Positions 14,783 through 25,265 of a stretch of 32,000 bases of DNA are shown in pieces (position 1 is the first letter of the stretch; each line of letters opens with the position of its first letter). This DNA comes from Trichodesmium erythraeum IMS101 (lineage in GTDB: Bacteria > Cyanobacteriota > Cyanobacteriia > Cyanobacteriales > Microcoleaceae). The position numbers were made by a program, and so were the translations under genes. The notes under the pieces were generated by a model that saw only the letters and a program-made list of their open reading frames with translations, was not told the DNA's origin and made no database searches. The DNA is taken from positions 6,630,001-6,662,000 of the forward strand of contig NC_008312.1 of NCBI RefSeq assembly GCF_000014265.1, in the 5' to 3' direction.

Positions 14783-15853
14783 TTAGTTAAGTTGAATTGA
14801 TTTTTGTTCTAAATCATGATGAATAGAACTAAACAAAATACCTTCACGAATAGTGCCAAAATATTTAGAACGTTGAGCATGATGTAAAGCTACTAATTCT
14901 CCATTTTCATTAAAACAGGGTGAACCACTGGAGCCTCCTGCTGTTCTATTAATATACTGAACTAATCCACTATGAGGATAAACTCCTGTAATTCCATCAC
15001 AAGTAATAGAAAGTTTCATTGATTCTCCATTGGGATGTTGTAGAATATTAATACTATCAGCTTCAGAGAGGAAAATATGAGGCTGCCATTTAGCAGGTTT
15101 AATCTTTGTATCTTCTGAATCTAAAGCTTGACTAAAAGTTTTTTCAAGCTGTAGTAAAATATAATCAAGTTCTCCTACAGGACTAGAGGAAATAATAGGT
15201 TTTTCAGAATCTAATAAAAAGGATTTTGATGTGCTTTCTCTACTGTTATTTAAACTAAAACAGCCAAAACTAATACGAATATTCTTGGCATTTAACTCAA
15301 GATTATTATTGTTATTTTGTTTAAGCACATGATAATTAGTTAAAACATATTTTGAAGCAATTAATACCCCTGTTGCTGTAATATTTAGATTTGGTACATC
15401 AAGCCGACAAACTGATTTAGCTTGCTCAATAATTTTCTGCAAAAATCCTACATCATACCAATCTGGTTGTTTTTTAAATAATCCTTGTAATTCAATTTGG
15501 TCAGTTTTTCCATGCCAATCAATATTCGGACCAAAATCTCTAATGGGAGTCAAATCATAATCTAAAATTGCTCTTTTCTGAAAGTCTTTTGAGATTGTGT
15601 GAAAAAATTTTTTTAACTTTTGATTATCAGGATTTTGTTCATAAGCTCCTATAATTAAAGACTTTAATTTTCCCCGAGCTTCTGCTGAGTCAATTAAATT
15701 AAAAACGACTGTTTCTAAATCACCTTTCCCGGCAAATCTTTCTAAATTTTCTTCTAACTTAAATCTAACCATTCTTTGAAGCTTGCCATAGTCTCTATAA
15801 GAATCTAATAAAGCTTCAAATAGTTCTTCAGTTTCAAAACCTGATAATGTCAT
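14783..15853 (-). CDS. EAD-like N-terminal domain fused to a trypsin-like (S1/Trypsin_2-type) serine protease
   Basis: The catalytic triad is recognisable: H175 (LTNYHVL), D230 (GELDYILLQL) and S309 (TAGGSSGSPCF; Ser codon at 14927-14929, verified on the DNA). The N-terminal 77 residues are paralogous to the N-terminus of the 570-aa protein. Confidence 0.85.
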   Translation of the reverse strand: MTLSGFETEELFEALLDSYRDYGKLQRMVRFKLEENLERFAGKGDLETVVFNLIDSAEARGKLKSLIIGAYEQNPDNQKLKKFFHTISKDFQKRAILDYDLTPIRDFGPNIDWHGKTDQIELQGLFKKQPDWYDVGFLQKIIEQAKSVCRLDVPNLNITATGVLIASKYVLTNYHVLKQNNNNNLELNAKNIRISFGCFSLNNSRESTSKSFLLDSEKPIISSSPVGELDYILLQLEKTFSQALDSEDTKIKPAKWQPHIFLSEADSINILQHPNGESMKLSITCDGITGVYPHSGLVQYINRTAGGSSGSPCFNENGELVALHHAQRSKYFGTIREGILFSSIHHDLEQKSIQLN

Positions 15854-16411
15854 ATTTAATTCCTAGGGTGATAAATATTTTCTAACTTATATAAAGCTAC
15901 TAATTTTCTATGGAATATCTAAGTATTTAGCTGAAGTTTAGAGTTTTCGTTTTTATTTTTCATAATTGTTAAGACAGGAGCCTGAATCAAAATTTTTCCT
16001 TGAAAATAAAAATCAAAAAATCACAAAACCAATTTAAAATTTGGCTATAACTTAGGCTTAAATATACCCAATACAATAGAATATTTTTGTAATCAACCCT
16101 TGTCAAATTGCTAGTAATTGTGGTAAAGTTATAATATAATAATATGATTAATAGTTTTGATGTATTAATTGGGACGACTAAATCTATATTTTATTTGATA
16201 ATAATAGTCAAAATTTAACTATATTTAAATGTAGGAGCATCCTCAAATATTTTAGAAATTCTATTAATTTTTCAGATAAAGTTTTTGATTAAATCCCCTA
16301 ATTTAAAATCACTGTAAGCCATTATTTTTATTTACTTGGGCAGTAAAAAAAAATTATATAGCAATCTGCCGATAAGTCGTAATATATGATATAATTTAAA
16401 TGAAAACTAGA

Positions 16412-16648
16412 TAGGGTTTGCTCAAAAAATCTTTTTAAGGAATAAACCCGTCACGAAACCCCTCAAAAGAGGGGAAAGGATGGGGCTGTTTTATAATAAA
16501 GCTTCTAAAGATGATTATTTAGTTATGGGAAAGCTCAAAGTGCTAAATTTTTCAGCTTGTAAGGAGGGAAAACCAGGAATTTTTCTTCGACAAAAAAAGG
16601 CTAATACTTTTATGTGTCAATGCTTTTATATTTAATCAGCAAGCCCTA
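16412..16648. mobile_element. MITE-like element copy 1 (~237 bp) with terminal inverted repeats TAGGGTTTGCT ... AGCAAGCCCTA
   Basis: The termini are 10/11 complementary. The element ends 70 nt downstream of the gdhA stop. It is related, in inverted orientation, to the element at 18043-18277. Confidence 0.6.
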
Positions 16649-16718
16649 ATTAACCAAAGAGTCCATGACTTACAAATAGCAGATTCAAGAAACTTTGAAC
16701 TCATAACTAATAACTGAA

Positions 16719-18008
16719 CTACCTTTTGGCATAAAAAGCTCTAGTTCCTTTAGCATTAATTGCTTGTCCTAATCTATCTAAACCATGCACATAAGCAGCA
16801 GTTCGCATAGAAATAGATAACTCCTGAGATATTTGCCAAATATTCTCTGTTTCTGCGACCATTTTTGCTTTCAATTTTTGATTAACTTCATCCAAAGTCC
16901 AATACAAACCACTACGATTTTGTACCCACTCAAAATAACTGACAGTCACACCACCAGCATTTATCAAAATATCAGGAAATACATAAACTCCACGGTCTTC
17001 TAAAATTTTATCTGCACCAGAAGTAGTCGGACCATTAGCAGCTTCAAAAATAAACTTTGCCTGAATATCTTTGACATTTTCCTCAGTAATTTGATTCTCC
17101 AAAGCAGCAGGAATTAAAATATCAACATCCAAAGCTAAAAGTTCTTCATTAGTCAAAACTGTATGCTCAACAATATTGCAAACACTATCCTTGCAATAAA
17201 CTGCTTGTATCTGTTTATTAACTTCCTTATATTGACGAATACTTGGAATATCTAAACCTTGTGCAGAATAAATACCTCCCTGAGAATCACTAACAGCAAC
17301 AACCTTATAACCATGAAGACATAGTAACTCAGCTAAAAACGCCCCGGCATTACCAAACCCTTGTATTGCTACTGTAGTTTTTTCAGGAGTATATTCAAAC
17401 TTCGGCATAATAGTTTCAATAGCAAAAAAAGCACCCATTGCCGTTGCAGTATTTCTTCCCAAACTACCACCGATGCTCACAGGTTTACCCGTAATAACTG
17501 CCGGACTTAGTTGTCTGCGAATAATGCTGTATTCATCCATCATCCAACCCATTATCATGGGGTTAGTATACATATCCGGTGCAGGAATATCGGTATCAGG
17601 ACCGATAAAATCAGCGATCGCATCAATATACCCCCGACTCAAACGTTCCAATTCCATCCGAGATAATTCTTTAGGATTAACAGTAATGCCACCTTTGGCC
17701 CCTCCAAAAGGCAAACTGACAACAGCACATTTAAAAGTCATCCAAAAAGCCAAAGACTTTACTTCATCAATAGACACATTGGGATGATAACGAATGCCAC
17801 CTTTTGTGGGTCCTCTTGTATCATCATAACGAACTCGATAACCTTGAAAAACTCGTAATGAGCCATCATCCATCCGGACAGGAATAGAAACTATTAAGGT
17901 AGCTTTAGGGTATTTGAGACGTTCTTTTGTATCTTCTGAAAGAGAAACATATTGTAAAGCCCTTTCTAACCTACGACTAGCATCATCAAACAAAGAATCT
18001 GACATCAA
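16719..18008 (-). CDS. gdhA: Glutamate dehydrogenase (Glu/Leu/Phe/Val dehydrogenase family)
   Basis: Catalytic-lysine motif LPFGGAKGG, dinucleotide-binding motif [10 protein letters not shown], and family-typical [21 protein letters not shown]. Confidence 0.95.
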   Translation of the reverse strand: MMSDSLFDDASRRLERALQYVSLSEDTKERLKYPKATLIVSIPVRMDDGSLRVFQGYRVRYDDTRGPTKGGIRYHPNVSIDEVKSLAFWMTFKCAVVSLPFGGAKGGITVNPKELSRMELERLSRGYIDAIADFIGPDTDIPAPDMYTNPMIMGWMMDEYSIIRRQLSPAVITGKPVSIGGSLGRNTATAMGAFFAIETIMPKFEYTPEKTTVAIQGFGNAGAFLAELLCLHGYKVVAVSDSQGGIYSAQGLDIPSIRQYKEVNKQIQAVYCKDSVCNIVEHTVLTNEELLALDVDILIPAALENQITEENVKDIQAKFIFEAANGPTTSGADKILEDRGVYVFPDILINAGGVTVSYFEWVQNRSGLYWTLDEVNQKLKAKMVAETENIWQISQELSISMRTAAYVHGLDRLGQAINAKGTRAFYAKR

Positions 18009-18042
18009 TACCTCTTTCTATAAATAAAATTATGTTGGTATT

Positions 18043-18277
18043 TAGGGCTTGCTGATTAACTTTTAAAGCATTGACTGATATTGGCAAGTGCTTTTTTTAC
18101 CTGGACAAAAGTGTTAGCTTTTGGGTTGCTCAAGATCGTGTATGTTAGTATTTTGGGCAAACACCAGATAGAAGAATCAAAAAAAGGGCAATTCTGGGTG
18201 CTACTTCCTAATTAATTCCCATTTATTCTGAGTGATGATTTCTATCTTCACTTGTCAAGATTTTTCAGCAAACCCTA
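18043..18277. mobile_element. MITE-like element copy 2 (~235 bp), inverted relative to copy 1, starting 35 nt upstream of the gdhA start codon
   Basis: The termini are TAGGGCTTGCT (18043-18053) and AGCAAACCCTA (18267-18277). The inner 34 nt match copy 1 at 29/34, including a perfect 18-mer TTAATCAGCAAGCCCTAA (16632-16649 against the reverse complement of 18042-18059). The outer ~21 nt also match. The interior is strongly diverged. Confidence 0.6.
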
Positions 18278-20223
18278 TTCAGATCATAAATCTCTTGATT
18301 GATTGTAATGATTAAGAAAATTTAAGAAGATTTTATGCTAATTAATTTATTGTATTACGTCCGGATCATAACTTATCAAAAAACATCAGGACAGTAAGTG
18401 CCAATTCTATCTTTCTGCTCCAGAGCCAGAGGGTCTCTTGCAGAAATTCTCCAAAGTGTTAGGTATTCAAACCGGAGATGATATTAATTATCCACAGGAA
18501 TTGATGGGTCTTGTAGGAGTGCATTTTTTAAATTTAAATTTATACTGAGGTTGAAATCTTGATCTTCTCTTGACCAAAAAATAAGTTCAATAGTAAGTCT
18601 TTTCAAGATTTAGGAAAAAAACTTGACTTTGGGTATTTCAATTTGGAGCTGAGAGGTTCTAGTTGCTTGTAATTGATAAGTGATCTTAAATATGAGTGCA
18701 TCTATAGCAAGGTTTGAGAATTATTGCCACAGAAAATATGAAAAGTAGCGATCGCTTCACTACTCCGCTTTAAAGCCAGGCCTTCTCTAAATTGTTTCAA
18801 AGCTGGTCAAATAGGCATTTTCCTAATAGCTTAGGCTTTTTGAGTAGAAGCGATCGCTTCGTCTAACTTTCCCTCTGGTGAAAATTTATTTTCTATAGCA
18901 AAGGCGTTGGTAATTATGTGATTTTTTTGTTTTTGTTGTGTTTTTGTTCTTTTAAAGCGGATAATTTGGGCTAATTTTAATAGAGTCAAAAATTTATCTA
19001 GAAAGACTTTTGTTGTGCTTATGGGACTACATAGGATTTAAAGATTGTCTTTTCTCTCTCATCAGAGGTATGATTTGTCTTACGATTATATAACTTGACG
19101 ATATCTTTTGATTAGTATTTACTTATGCGACGATCTTCACACTTTGTTTTATGGGTTGAAACTCCGTTATGCTTCGCGATCGCTTGACTATTGATTAAAA
19201 ACGCTTGAGTTATCAGAGTCACATAAATTTAATTTTCATTGAAGAATATTTAAATTGTGATGCCAAATAGTCTGATCACAATTCATCCCTGTTTTTAATC
19301 AATAGTTTTTCTTATTTTCCCAATCTATTTTTTTTCCTCACACTAAAATTTTGCAAGGTATGAAGATTAGGGTTTATTGTTTTCAGACAATATTTACAGG
19401 AGCCCGGAGCTTATTAATTGCTTAATTAATATGTAAAATTCTTGGATTTTCCATCTAGAAATAGATGCTAGTTTACATCATATTTACTGTATTAACTAAG
19501 GTTATTAATAGTAGTATATTCTGTCCAAGTTGTTAGAAAAAACTCTATATGAGCTGCTTTTTTTATTCCGAAATAATTCCTTTAGTGCTAACTATTTTTA
19601 CCTGATATTGTTTCCGAGCTTTTATATTTTTTTATACTACCAATTCCATTTACGGGACTAATTCTTTTTTAATAGACCATAATATTTTTTCACAATTTGT
19701 AATTAATTAAACTTTTATTGTATCATATTTTTGATTTTTTAATAATTAATGTTACATTTTAGTAATTTTTTAATAATTAATGTTTTGTTTTAATACAAAT
19801 ATTTTTACCTATACAAGAACGCTACTTATGTAGTACTTGAGTAATTCCTGTTGCTATAAATTTAAAAATTTTACCATTACCGAAGCTGTACTATTGTCAC
19901 AAACCAAAGCCAGTATAGACATTCCATGAAAAGTCCTGAGTTTGGTCTACCGAGAAAAATCAAAAGTAGGGGATAAATACCTGGTTACACTTAAACATAA
20001 TAGATAATTCCCAAAATACCAACTTGATAACCATATAATCAGGGTTTGAGAACCTTTTCGGGAAAAGTCTAATAACTAGATCCCAAAGTGCAAAAATACT
20101 GGTCATCACCTTTATACCCCATGCCCCTGAGGTCTTAAACCCCTTAAACTCTTAGTAATTATCAGAAAAAAAAAAGGGTAAAATAGATAGTAATGCTTTT
20201 TTTGTACTTTATGTTTGTACTAT

Positions 20224-20817
20224 ATGCTAGAAGTCCTCGCTGCCTTATCTGCATCAGCTGCGGCAGGCATTAGAATAGCTCTACCCCTACTGCTAATAGG
20301 CTTATTACAAAATGACCTATGGGCAAAAGTGCCTATGCTTTCTAAAATATCGCCGCAAATAGTGGTGGGAATTTTGGTCAGTTGGTCTTTATTTGAAATA
20401 TTTGCCTCAAAACATCTCTTAGGCCAACGCGTTCTCAATTTAGTTCAAATTATATTTTCTCCCATAGTAGGAACAATTATGAGTATGGCGATCGCTGAGG
20501 CTACTCATTCAAAGGGCTGGTTAATCATAGTTATTGGAGTTGTCGGAGGTTTATTGGCCTTAGTGCTACAAATAGTTCAGGTTGGGTGGTTTTTTCGGTG
20601 GCGCGGTTTACCTGTTTGGATGCTTTTATCTCAAGACATTCTCTGCATTTGCTTAGTAATTTTTGCGTTGGACGCACCGCAACAGGGAGGATTAATTGCC
20701 TTACTATTGTTATGGCTAGCCATTCATAGCTATCAAGATTGGTACAAATTATATCAAGGAAAAACAAAACGAGGGAGTAGTCTTCAGCCACAAACTCATA
20801 GTAGTAATTTTGATTAA
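20224..20817 (+). CDS. Integral membrane protein, DUF4126-like (family name from memory)
   Basis: The N-terminus is MLEVLAALSASAAAGIRIALPLLLIGLL, followed by about 5 hydrophobic helices. I prefer the ATG at 20224 to the TTG at 20215 in the ORF track. Confidence 0.7.
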   Translation: MLEVLAALSASAAAGIRIALPLLLIGLLQNDLWAKVPMLSKISPQIVVGILVSWSLFEIFASKHLLGQRVLNLVQIIFSPIVGTIMSMAIAEATHSKGWLIIVIGVVGGLLALVLQIVQVGWFFRWRGLPVWMLLSQDILCICLVIFALDAPQQGGLIALLLLWLAIHSYQDWYKLYQGKTKRGSSLQPQTHSSNFD

Positions 20818-20832
20818 GATTAATAGAAGCAA

Positions 20833-20847
20833 GGGGCCCAATGCCCC
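20833..20847. terminator. Short GC hairpin (GGGGC-CCAAT-GCCCC) in the 35-nt gap between the convergent stops of the DUF4126-like gene and hemH; possible bidirectional terminator
   Basis: Read directly. The stem is only 5 bp and the flanks are only weakly U-rich. Confidence 0.4.
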
Positions 20848-20852
20848 CAGAT

Positions 20853-22016
20853 TTATAATAAACCAGCAAAGTGTAAGGGACCATAACCAGTAATCAACTC
20901 CAACAACAAAGCCATAAAGCCCACCATTGCTAATCGTCCATTCCAGACTTCTGCTGTAGTAGTTAAGCCCCATTGCCATCTTTCTTGGGGATACATTTTA
21001 ATAATTTTTTTCATCTGAATAGCATCAGAAAAATCACGGCTTGGAGCATCTAAAGCTTCCATAACCAAATCTGCTAAATCATTAATAAATACTGGGTGAG
21101 TATTCAGAGCAGGTACTCGGTAAAAATTACTAATTCCAGCTTCTTCTGCTAGTTCACGATATTCTATGTCAATTTCTTGTAGAGTCTCAATATGTTCAGA
21201 AACAAAACTAATAGGAACTACCAATAAATCTTTAACTCCACCAGCAGCCAATTCTTCGATAGCATCTTCGGTGTAAGGCTTCAACCATTCCACTGGGCCA
21301 ACCCGACTTTGATAAGCTAAAGTATGAGGGTTAGAGCAATTCAAAGTTTTCATTATCTTATCTACACACTCTTCAATTTCTGCCTGATAAGGGTCTCCGG
21401 CTTCTTCAACATAGCTGACCGGTACACCATGAGCGCTGAAAAAGATATGTACTTGATCTGGGTTGGGAGATTGGTCTAATTGTTGAGTAATTAATTCTAC
21501 CATTGCCTGAACATATCCTGGTCGTTGATGCCAAGAGGGAATAACAGTGTATTCAATTTTCTTCAGTTCTGAGTCTTTTTCCCAAAGTTTATCAAGCAAT
21601 CTAAAACTTGAACCACTTGTGCTGATAGAATATTGAGGATATAGTGGTAGGATTACTAACTTTTCTACTTGCTCGCGCTTAATTCTAGTGAGAGCTTCTT
21701 CTGTAAAAGGATGCCAGTAACGCATTCCTATATACATTTGAGTCAGTAGTCCTTTTTGTTCTAACTGTTGTTGAATAGCCAGAGCTTGCTCTTCTGTAAT
21801 TGATCTTAATGGAGAGCCACCGCCAATTTCTTTATAATTTTCCTGAGACTTTTGAAAACGCATAGTGGAAATGAACCATGCCAAAGGTTTCTGTAGCCAA
21901 GGAAAGGGTAGACGAATAATTTCTGGATCAGAAAACAAATTGAAAAGAAAGGGACGTACATCTTCAAGTTGTTCTGGCCCACCTAAATTAAGTAATAATA
22001 TTCCAACACGACTCAT
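20853..22016 (-). CDS. hemH: Ferrochelatase with C-terminal CAB/LHC-type transmembrane helix (cyanobacterial/plastid type)
   Basis: [15 protein letters not shown]...[15 protein letters not shown] and FSAHGVP are ferrochelatase signatures. The C-terminal [23 protein letters not shown] is the chlorophyll-binding-like motif. Confidence 0.95.
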   Translation of the reverse strand: MSRVGILLLNLGGPEQLEDVRPFLFNLFSDPEIIRLPFPWLQKPLAWFISTMRFQKSQENYKEIGGGSPLRSITEEQALAIQQQLEQKGLLTQMYIGMRYWHPFTEEALTRIKREQVEKLVILPLYPQYSISTSGSSFRLLDKLWEKDSELKKIEYTVIPSWHQRPGYVQAMVELITQQLDQSPNPDQVHIFFSAHGVPVSYVEEAGDPYQAEIEECVDKIMKTLNCSNPHTLAYQSRVGPVEWLKPYTEDAIEELAAGGVKDLLVVPISFVSEHIETLQEIDIEYRELAEEAGISNFYRVPALNTHPVFINDLADLVMEALDAPSRDFSDAIQMKKIIKMYPQERWQWGLTTTAEVWNGRLAMVGFMALLLELITGYGPLHFAGLL

Positions 22017-22209
22017 AGTGTTAATCAGGCTCCCATTTTGATATTTGTTACCAAACTTAAAATATTTATATTTTTTTAATTATATTTTCTGAATAATGTA
22101 GAGTCAACCATAAGCCTAAATCTATTTTCTTTTAGTGATTAAGTATAAACCTAATTTATATACTTGCGACTTTTGTTTTTTTATTTTTGACTTTTGACTT
22201 TTCAATCCA

Positions 22210-22848
22210 ATGGCAACAATTTTAAGAGACTGGAGCTATAGATATCAATGGCTGTATGACGGAATTTCCCGTTTAGCATCCCTAAGTGTTGGGGGAGAAA
22301 CTCGCTTTCGCCAACTAGCTTTAGAAGGATTAATCATTGAGGAAAATACTCAGATACTTGACCTCTGTTGTGGTAGTGGTCAAGGGACTAATTTTCTGGC
22401 TAAATACTCCCAAAGTGTTACAGGGTTAGATGCTTCACCACTATCAATAAATAGAGCTAAAAAAAATGTGCCATCAGCTAAATATGTTGAGGGATTTGCT
22501 GAGGATATGCCATTTTCAAGTAATCAATTTGATTTAGTACATACCAGTGCGGCTTTACATGAGATGAATTATGAACAATTACGGCAAATTATTCAAGAAG
22601 TTTATCGAGTTCTGAAGCCTAGTGGAATTTTTACTTTTGTTGATTTTCACAGTCCAACTAATCCTTTGTTTTGGCCTGGGTTTGCCATGTTTTTATGGTT
22701 ATTTGAAACTGAAACTTCTTGGAAATTTATTAATACAAATATATTGGAATTATTGACAACAATAGGATTTAATTTAGTTGATACTAAGTTACCATTACCT
22801 ATTTTATATGCTGGTGGTAGTCTTCAGGTAATTCAGGTTCAAAAATGA
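22210..22848 (+). CDS. Class I SAM-dependent methyltransferase (Methyltransf_11-like)
   Basis: Motif I is ILDLCCGSGQGT. The post-I acidic residue lies in GLDAS. Motif II-III region is FDLVHTSAALHEM ... LKPSGIF. Confidence 0.85.
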   Translation: MATILRDWSYRYQWLYDGISRLASLSVGGETRFRQLALEGLIIEENTQILDLCCGSGQGTNFLAKYSQSVTGLDASPLSINRAKKNVPSAKYVEGFAEDMPFSSNQFDLVHTSAALHEMNYEQLRQIIQEVYRVLKPSGIFTFVDFHSPTNPLFWPGFAMFLWLFETETSWKFINTNILELLTTIGFNLVDTKLPLPILYAGGSLQVIQVQK

Positions 22849-23982
22849 ATAGATAGTAGTTGAATACTAACTCTGGGTTATCCAAAAAATTATAATTTTT
22901 CCCAGATTCAACTGTAGTTTTAATCTTGAGTTATAATAAGTCAAATAAAAGGAAGAAAGAAAACAAGCAAAATTCGCATTTTCAATTTTTTTGAGAGTAT
23001 CTTATTTAAGAATATAAGTGATAAATTGACATAATTTGGTCAATAATTTATAAAGTTTTGATAGAGGCTATAATTGCTACTAAAATCTGAATCTAGATAA
23101 TCCTATCTCAAGATTAAACGGTTTAGCCTGCTTGAAGACAGGAAGCAAGAGGTAGTTGTGGCAGAGGAAATGGATTTGGAGTTATTTTTTTTATAAGTTC
23201 AATGGATGTGCATAACATTGAGGATTGGTATATATTCTAAAATATTAGTCTCTGAAAATATCTTTTTTCCTAGCTTACTAAGTTTCAATTATAATCCGAT
23301 TTATACCCCAGAAAGTATTTCTCTTTGTTAGCCTTATTGTAAACCCATTTTAATACCTATTGTAAGATTTTTTTCTACTCAAGAGATTGTTGCAAAACTG
23401 CCATATCATACCTCATAATTTTCCCAATGAAATTATTTTAAGATTCTAGTTTTCAAGGTTGGGAAAGAAAACAAAGTTTATTGTTAATACAAATAAATCA
23501 AGTTCCACCCACCTGATTAATTTTAATATACAGCGCTTTCCTTTGTTATAAGGTCCACCCACTCAGGCAAGATGCCCGGAATACATAATTTTCACTATTT
23601 ACTTTGTATTTTATATGGCAGAAATATCTTGTAAAAATGTACATCTTGATGTTGCCTATAATCTCATATTAATTATGAGTAAAAAATGAAATATGATAAC
23701 AAATCTGATGGAATAAAAGCTGATTATATATTCTGTATATCAGACTAATTTAAATACATTAATTATAACTTTTTTTTACTTCAGTTATTAAATAATTAAT
23801 ACAAAAGGAAGAAATTTTTGGCACGAAAAACTAAGTTAATGCTAATTCTTATAAAGCCTAAGTTAAAAAGTTACTGAGAATAGTATTATCTCACCCTGTA
23901 ATCAGTCTATAATAATCAGATTTAGTATGATATCTTGCCTTGTATGGTCGGAGATACTGATAACCGATAACTGATAAATAAA

Positions 23983-25119
23983 ATGACTAACCAAGTTTTA
24001 ATCATAGGTGGATACGGCAGAATTGGGAGTAGTGTTGCTCGAGATTTAGCAACTTATACCAACTCAGAAATTACTATTACCGGACGTAAACCAGAAGCAA
24101 ATATCCAAGAAATTCCAATTTCTGGAGTTAAATATTTAGCTCTAGATTTAGCAGACAAAGAAAGGGTAAAAAATATTATTAATTCTTACAATAAGTCCTC
24201 TAAAAATTTAGTGATTAACTGTGCTGGTCCGTTTCATTATAGAGATGCTAATGTTTTAAAAAATTGCATCAAAGCTGGCATTAATTATATCGATATTAGT
24301 GACTATAGAGGTTTTACTTGTAAAGCTTTAGAATATTCTGAAGCTGCCAAAAAAGCTGGAGTTACAGCAATTATTAATACAGGAATTTTTCCAGGAATTT
24401 CTAATAGTTTATCCCGTGAATCTATAGAAAAACTTGATGAGCCAGAGGAGATACATTTAAGTTATGTTGTAGGTGGTTCCGGTGGAGCAGGAGTAACAGT
24501 TATGCGGACAACTTTTTTAGGTTTACAAAGTCATTTTGATGCCTGGATAAATGGTAAATGGCAATCTGTTAAACCTTATAGCGATCGCCAAGTTATTGAC
24601 TTTCCAGCTCCCTATGGTAAAATTGGAGTTTATTGGTTTGATATGCCAGAATCTTTGACTCTAGCTACTTCTTTTCCTGTGAATACTGTAACTACAAAGT
24701 TTGGTTCTTTTCCTGACTTTTATAATCATCTGACTTGGATGACTGCTCATTTATTTCCTGTTAGTTGGTTAAATAATTTAGGGGTAATAGAGTTTTTGTC
24801 TCAAGTAAGTTATAAAATGACTGAATTTACTGATAAATATAGTGGTACTGGTGTAGTAATTCAAGCAAAAGTTATTGGGAAAAAGTCAGGGAAAAAAGCT
24901 GATTTTTCCTCGTCAATTATGCATAAAGATACTGCAACTGTTACGGGTATTGGTGCTGGTAGTATTGCTGAATTAATTTTATCTGGAAAGTTGAATAAAC
25001 CTGGTGTTTCATCTGTGGAAAATAGTTTATCTACGGAATTATTTGAACAGGTAATGCAGAGCCGTGGTTTTGTGAAAAATTATGGTGATAACTGTGTGAT
25101 TTATCAACCTTTGAACTGA
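23983..25119 (+). CDS. Saccharopine dehydrogenase-like NAD(P)-binding oxidoreductase
   Basis: N-terminal Rossmann motif VLIIGGYGRIGSSVARDL. The overall length and the INCAGPF...YIDIS pattern are typical of the family. Confidence 0.75.
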   Translation: MTNQVLIIGGYGRIGSSVARDLATYTNSEITITGRKPEANIQEIPISGVKYLALDLADKERVKNIINSYNKSSKNLVINCAGPFHYRDANVLKNCIKAGINYIDISDYRGFTCKALEYSEAAKKAGVTAIINTGIFPGISNSLSRESIEKLDEPEEIHLSYVVGGSGGAGVTVMRTTFLGLQSHFDAWINGKWQSVKPYSDRQVIDFPAPYGKIGVYWFDMPESLTLATSFPVNTVTTKFGSFPDFYNHLTWMTAHLFPVSWLNNLGVIEFLSQVSYKMTEFTDKYSGTGVVIQAKVIGKKSGKKADFSSSIMHKDTATVTGIGAGSIAELILSGKLNKPGVSSVENSLSTELFEQVMQSRGFVKNYGDNCVIYQPLN

Positions 25120-25265
25120 AGTTTTACTTCTACTTATAAGTTGTCAGTAACTCTGATAAATATTTAAGGATGATAGACTTATAAATTATGATCAATAATA
25201 TCTAAGTTTTAATTCTAGTAGAATTAAATAATAGTTTACAAAATGTATCTTGCTTTGGGGTACTG

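Noticed and set aside
16459-16474. The hairpin CCCCTC-AAAA-GAGGGG as a riboswitch or terminator downstream of gdhA
   Set aside because: It lies inside MITE-like copy 1 and is not followed by a U-tract on the gdhA strand. I could not match any riboswitch consensus.
18372-18545. A 58-codon open stretch (…EPEGLLQKFSKVLGIQTGDDINYPQELMGLVGVHF…) as a gene
   Set aside because: It has no start codon at its 5' end, no RBS and no recognised family. It is kept only as a possible relic within the spacer finding.
19335-19343. Yfr1-like sRNA motif (TCCTCACAC, compared with the conserved ACUCCUCACAC)
   Set aside because: The match is only partial. There is no flanking terminator stem-loop with a U-tract, and the nearest 5' hairpin (19255-19281) is about 55 nt away. 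The architecture does not fit Yfr1.
23504-23562. A duplicated TCCACCCAC 9-mer 50 nt apart, as a regulatory site pair
   Set aside because: There are only two short copies, with no palindromic structure or known motif match. The support is insufficient.
23942-23957. NtcA-like palindrome GTA...TAC upstream of the saccharopine-dehydrogenase-like gene
   Set aside because: The spacing is N10, not the canonical GTA-N8-TAC, and it sits only about 26 nt from the ATG.
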